Shown piece by piece: positions 44,128 to 47,700 of a stretch of DNA of 47,700 nt. The stretch comes from Candidatus Pacearchaeota archaeon. Lineage in GTDB: Archaea; Nanobdellota; Nanobdellia; Pacearchaeales; GW2011-AR1. The stretch lies in contig VGKP01000005.1 in assembly GCA_016866975.1 (NCBI GenBank), forward strand, positions 1-47,700. Direction: 5' to 3'. The position numbers were made by a program, and so were the translations under genes. The notes under the pieces are model-generated. The model saw only the letters and a program-made list of their open reading frames with translations, was not told where the DNA came from and did not search any database. Within the stretch, counting starts at the first letter, position 1, and the number at the start of each line of letters is the position of its first letter.

Positions 44128-44830
44128 TTCTCAACTGTTTTCTTCGCAATAAATATGTTCCTTGTTCAAACGCCGGCAACCAAAGTCCATGCTCATGCGC
44201 AAGAGAATTCAACTTCTCGCGGTAATAAGTCCCTGAAACAGGAAGATGAGCGATAACTCACCCCATCTGTTTAAAGTACCGTAATGCGCGATCACGTGCA
44301 AGATCGGGAAAAACAACAAGAAGATATCCGTATCCATTAACGCTTCCTCCAAAATATTCCTGCAGAGGTTCCAGGCGTTGGCAAATCGCTTTTGGCTTCA
44401 AGTAGGTCTCGATTGATCCCGCTCCTCCATCCATGCGCAATCTTGTTTTTACTTCTATCACGACGGGCAGGCCTTCTGCTTGTACAAGGAGATCAATGCC
44501 TGCAATTACTCTCTTTTCTTGTATTGATTCAATGCGTAACTCTCCGTGTTCATATAAAAAAGAATAATGCTGAGTTGCCGCCCCTTGAGGAATCGGGTGA
44601 GGAACACATTGCTCCTTTAAGGAACGATGCCTTGCCTTTACAATCTGAGTAACGTGTTGTTCTGCTACATATGCAGCCATCTGTGAATCGCTATACGATC
44701 CACTTCTGCAGAGAGCCGTACGCTTAAATGCCTGCATATGCCTATTCCAATGAATGCGTTGCTCACTTATCTCTTGTGCAATGCGATAGACTTCACGATT
44801 ATACCTAAGCAATAACGATGATTCAGGCAT
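44120..44830 (-). pseudogene. PD-(D/E)xK nuclease-like gene interrupted by an in-frame TGA (44258-44260)
   Basis: IDLLV...IEVKT motif. The ORF track ends at TGA 44258, but the same frame stays open for 45 more codons (VIAHLPVSGTYYREKL...LRTM) to TAG at 44120-44122. Confidence 0.55.
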
Positions 44831-44973
44831 GGAGGGAAAAGATGTAAATCAAAGGAGACTAGAAAATATAAACTTTCCTACAAGTCTATATATTTCATCA
44901 TCTTCAGGTCATATCAAGACTATTATCACGGCTAAAGAAACAATTGTGATCACTTCTTAAATAGGAAAATTAA

Positions 44974-45081
44974 AAAAACGATGTGCAACCACACCTTAAA
45001 CTTCGAGGATGTGAATCTTTGATGGCAGTTAGGAATCTTAGATTCCTGATGAGGTGTGTTTTTGGTCGGTTCCAGACATAA
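44974..45081. mobile_element. Non-autonomous palindromic element, copy B (related to 7-123)
   Basis: Starts AAAAACGATGTGC, contains AACCACACCTT...GAGGTGTG enclosing the hairpin AGGAATC-TTA-GATTCCT, and ends TCGGTTCCAGACATAA. Confidence 0.45.
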
Positions 45082-45105
45082 AAAGTAATAAGGGTTACGC
45101 TTTGA

Positions 45106-45145
45106 AAGGAAGGTTGACCCACAAAGAAACCTTGGTTTCCTTAGG
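45106..45145. repeat. Diverged single copy of the 36-bp repeat found at 47596-47700
   Basis: Shares GTTGACCCACAA exactly, followed by a related hairpin (GAAACC-TT-GGTTTC) and TTAGG. Confidence 0.7.
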
Positions 45146-45188
45146 GAGGAGGGTTAATAAGGGCAACGCTAATTTAAAGGAAAGTTAA

Positions 45189-45210
45189 TAAGAAAACCTT
45201 GGTTTTCTTA
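45189..45210 (-). terminator. Palindrome TAAGAAAACC-TT-GGTTTTCTTA overlapping the cdc48 stop (REP-like or terminator)
   Basis: Perfect 10+10 inverted repeat, related to the hairpin core of the 36-bp repeat family. Confidence 0.45.
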
Positions 45211-47508
45211 TCCGGCGTATATCGGCCCCATCTCTAATCCTGCTTTCGCACTCTTCAAATAATGCTCTTCCAATTTCTTATAACGCTTAGCAGTTTCAGT
45301 AGATACGCTAGGTCTAATCTTCGCAAGCGCTTCATCAAAGTCTTTGCGCGTTACAATCTTTGAATTAATATCTCTTCTCAATGAATTGAGTGCTGCTTCA
45401 ATGACAAGGCTTTCAATATCAGCGCCGACAAATCCTTCAGTCTGCTTTACAAGCTCATCAATGTTCACTTCCTTTTCAAGTGGTGTATTCTTGAGATGCA
45501 CTTCAAAAATCTTCTTTCTGCTTGATTCATCTGGGACATCTACAAGTATTATACGGTCAAATCTTCCAGGTCTTAATAATGCAGAGTCAAGCATATCTGG
45601 CCTGTTTGTCGCTCCTATTATTGTCACGTCTTTCAAGCCTTCAAGACCGTCAATCTCGGCAAGCAATTGGTTCAGAACACGTTCGGTCACTTTATTCCCC
45701 ATATCAACACCGCGTCGTCCCGCAAGAGCATCAATTTCGTCGAAGAAAATGACGCACGGCGCTACCTGCCGCGCCCGCTCAAAAATCTTCCTGATGCCCT
45801 TCTCGCTTTCTCCCACCCACATGCTCAAAAGGCTTGGCCCCTTGACCTGAATGAAATTAGATTCGCTTTCCTTCGCGACCGCTTTCGCAAGCAATGTCTT
45901 TCCTGTCCCGGGAGGGCCATATAGCAATATCCCTCTTGGAGGCCTGATGCCCAGGCGTTTGAAACTTTCTGGATGGCTTATTGGCCACTCTACTGCCTCT
46001 TTCAACTGCTGCTTGGTCTTTTCCAATCCACCAATATCATTCCAGCTAACGTTCGGCGTTTCAACAAGAACTTCACGCATTGCACTCGGGCGCACAATCT
46101 TAAGCGATCCTTCAAAGTCCTCTCCCCCTATTATTATCTTGTCCAAGACTTCTTTGGGAATCGCCTCATCATCCTCGAGGCGCAAATTAGGAAGCACTTT
46201 GCGCAGCACGTGCATCGCGGACTCTTTTGCGAGGGCAGAGAGGTCAGCACCAACAAATCCATGTGTTTTGCCTGCAAGCGCTTCTAGATTGACATCTTTT
46301 GCCAAAGGCATATTTCTAGTATGAATCTTCAGGATGTTGAGGCGCGCCTTCTTGTCAGGTACAGATATCTCAACTTCCCTGTCAAATCTGCCTGGCCTGC
46401 GTAATGCAGGATCAATTGAGTTTACCCTATTTGTGGCGCCAATGACTACTATCTTTCCTCGAGTCTTAAGGCCATCCATCATTGTAAGAAGCTGTGATAC
46501 CACTCTTCTCTCGACTTCTCCCTGCACATCTTCTCTCTTAGGGGCAATTGCATCAACTTCATCAATAAATATTATGGAAGGAGCATGCTTTTCAGCCTCA
46601 TCAAATATATCTCTTATCTTCTTCTCACTCTCCCCATAGAACTTGCTCATTATCTCTGGCCCATTTAGAAGAATAAAATGTGCCTCACTCTCATTTGCCA
46701 CTGCTTTTGCTAAAAGGGTTTTGCCTGTACCTGGAGGGCCATGTAGCAATACTCCTTTAGGCGGCTCTATTCCCAATCTATCAAATATCTCAGGATGCTT
46801 GAGAGGCAACTCCACCATCTCTCTTATTTTCTTCACCTCATCTATCAATCCCCCGATATCTTCATAAGTTACATCTGGAACTGTTTCCTCGCTTACATCT
46901 ACTGCTTTAGAGTGTACAGTCACTTCAGTCTCTTCATTGATTATGCATGATTGATTTGGAGAAGTAGATACGACGGTGAACCTTATCTGCTGGAATCCTA
47001 GTGGAAATCCAAAATTGCTTCCAAATAGGTCATGCAAGTCTCCAAATATATCTGGGAATCCCTCACTCATGACATCTTTTCTCCTCTGTACTCCTCCAAG
47101 AGATATAAGGTCTCCTTTCATTACAGCTCTTCCAAGAAGCCCTTGTTTGAACATCTCAGGGTCTCCTTGTACCATTATCCCTTGCTGCGCAGGCGCTATA
47201 GCGACCTTTGTGGCAGGTTTTGCGCCCGCTTTCTTTACACTTACCTGCTCTCCTACCGAGGTTCTTGCATTCCTTCTTATAAGTCCGTCAACTCTTATTA
47301 TCCCTTCTCCGACATCGGCAGGATATGCCCTGTCAACTATTGCAACAGTCTCCTTTTCTCCTTTAATTAATATTATATCTCCTCTATTCAGCCCGAGAGC
47401 GCGCATAAGGTTGGGATCTATTCTTGCAATTCCCTTATATGCATCATCCTGTAGTGCTTCGACTACTCTTAACTTGATTTCATCATTTCCAGTTTGTTTA
47501 GCACTCAT
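45208..47508 (-). CDS. cdc48: Cdc48/VCP-family AAA+ ATPase
   Basis: N-domain plus two AAA modules (GPPGTGKT twice, [28 protein letters not shown]). Confidence 0.98.
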   Translation of the reverse strand: MSAKQTGNDEIKLRVVEALQDDAYKGIARIDPNLMRALGLNRGDIILIKGEKETVAIVDRAYPADVGEGIIRVDGLIRRNARTSVGEQVSVKKAGAKPATKVAIAPAQQGIMVQGDPEMFKQGLLGRAVMKGDLISLGGVQRRKDVMSEGFPDIFGDLHDLFGSNFGFPLGFQQIRFTVVSTSPNQSCIINEETEVTVHSKAVDVSEETVPDVTYEDIGGLIDEVKKIREMVELPLKHPEIFDRLGIEPPKGVLLHGPPGTGKTLLAKAVANESEAHFILLNGPEIMSKFYGESEKKIRDIFDEAEKHAPSIIFIDEVDAIAPKREDVQGEVERRVVSQLLTMMDGLKTRGKIVVIGATNRVNSIDPALRRPGRFDREVEISVPDKKARLNILKIHTRNMPLAKDVNLEALAGKTHGFVGADLSALAKESAMHVLRKVLPNLRLEDDEAIPKEVLDKIIIGGEDFEGSLKIVRPSAMREVLVETPNVSWNDIGGLEKTKQQLKEAVEWPISHPESFKRLGIRPPRGILLYGPPGTGKTLLAKAVAKESESNFIQVKGPSLLSMWVGESEKGIRKIFERARQVAPCVIFFDEIDALAGRRGVDMGNKVTERVLNQLLAEIDGLEGLKDVTIIGATNRPDMLDSALLRPGRFDRIILVDVPDESSRKKIFEVHLKNTPLEKEVNIDELVKQTEGFVGADIESLVIEAALNSLRRDINSKIVTRKDFDEALAKIRPSVSTETAKRYKKLEEHYLKSAKAGLEMGPIYAG

Positions 47509-47595
47509 TTTCTTTCTCCCTTACCAGATAATAAAGTTGATTCAATGTCTTCCCTATAAAGGATAGTTGTCCAGAAGGGAACCGTAGGCATATTA

Positions 47596-47700
47596 AAGGG
47601 AGTTGACCCACAAGAACCGTAGGTTCTTAGGAAGGGAGTTGACCCACAAGAACCGTAGGTTCTTAGGAAGGGAGTTGACCCACAAGAACCGTAGGTTCTT
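47596..47700. repeat. 36-bp head-to-tail tandem repeat (two full copies plus one truncated by the window edge), no spacers
   Basis: AAGGGAGTTGACCCACAAGAACCGTAGGTTCTTAGG at 47596, 47632 and 47668; internal hairpin AAGAACC-GTA-GGTTCTT; degenerate copy at about 47559-47595. Confidence 0.95.

Noticed and set aside
44258-44260. Genome-wide TGA reassignment
   Set aside because: Several clearly complete genes (ppa, htpX, NOP2 methylase, MNT) end at TGA.
45344-47566. Many antisense ORFs over cdc48 (likewise over the P-type ATPase, pepF, eif2g, fen and polB)
   Set aside because: These are shadow ORFs of well-supported genes on the opposite strand.
47596-47700. CRISPR array
   Set aside because: The repeats are head-to-tail with no unique spacers and there are no cas genes in the window. 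Kept only as a tandem repeat.

Overview
This 47.7 kb window is archaeal chromosome. Evidence: eIF2-gamma, S6e, FEN1, Cdc48, archaeal-type TyrRS and type II MetAP, plus TTTAAATA boxes about 30 nt before start codons. Gene content and style suggest a small-genome DPANN lineage, probably Pacearchaeota-like (inference). It holds about 47 CDSs and two tRNAs (Glu-TTC, Ser-GGA). Housekeeping genes (tyrS, rpsJ, rps6e, eif2g, fen, polB, NOP2/RsmB methylase, map, cdc48, ppa, thyA-folA) are interleaved with single inserted ORFans and one MNT-HEPN toxin-antitoxin pair. The most unusual content is non-coding: (i) an 80-bp tandem repeat built from the tRNA-Ser 3' end plus an inverted copy of its T-arm; (ii) an AT-rich island (35040-39860) whose genes are separated by modular palindromic elements, one showing stem covariation; (iii) a spacer-less 36-bp tandem repeat at the right edge with a diverged relative on the other side of cdc48; (iv) two IS200/IS605-like hairpin elements with shared ends 45 kb apart. 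There is also a PD-(D/E)xK nuclease-like gene with an in-frame TGA and a frameshifted secreted-protein remnant. No integrase, transposase, cas gene, rRNA or true CRISPR array was found. All family assignments come from motif recognition by eye, without database searches.
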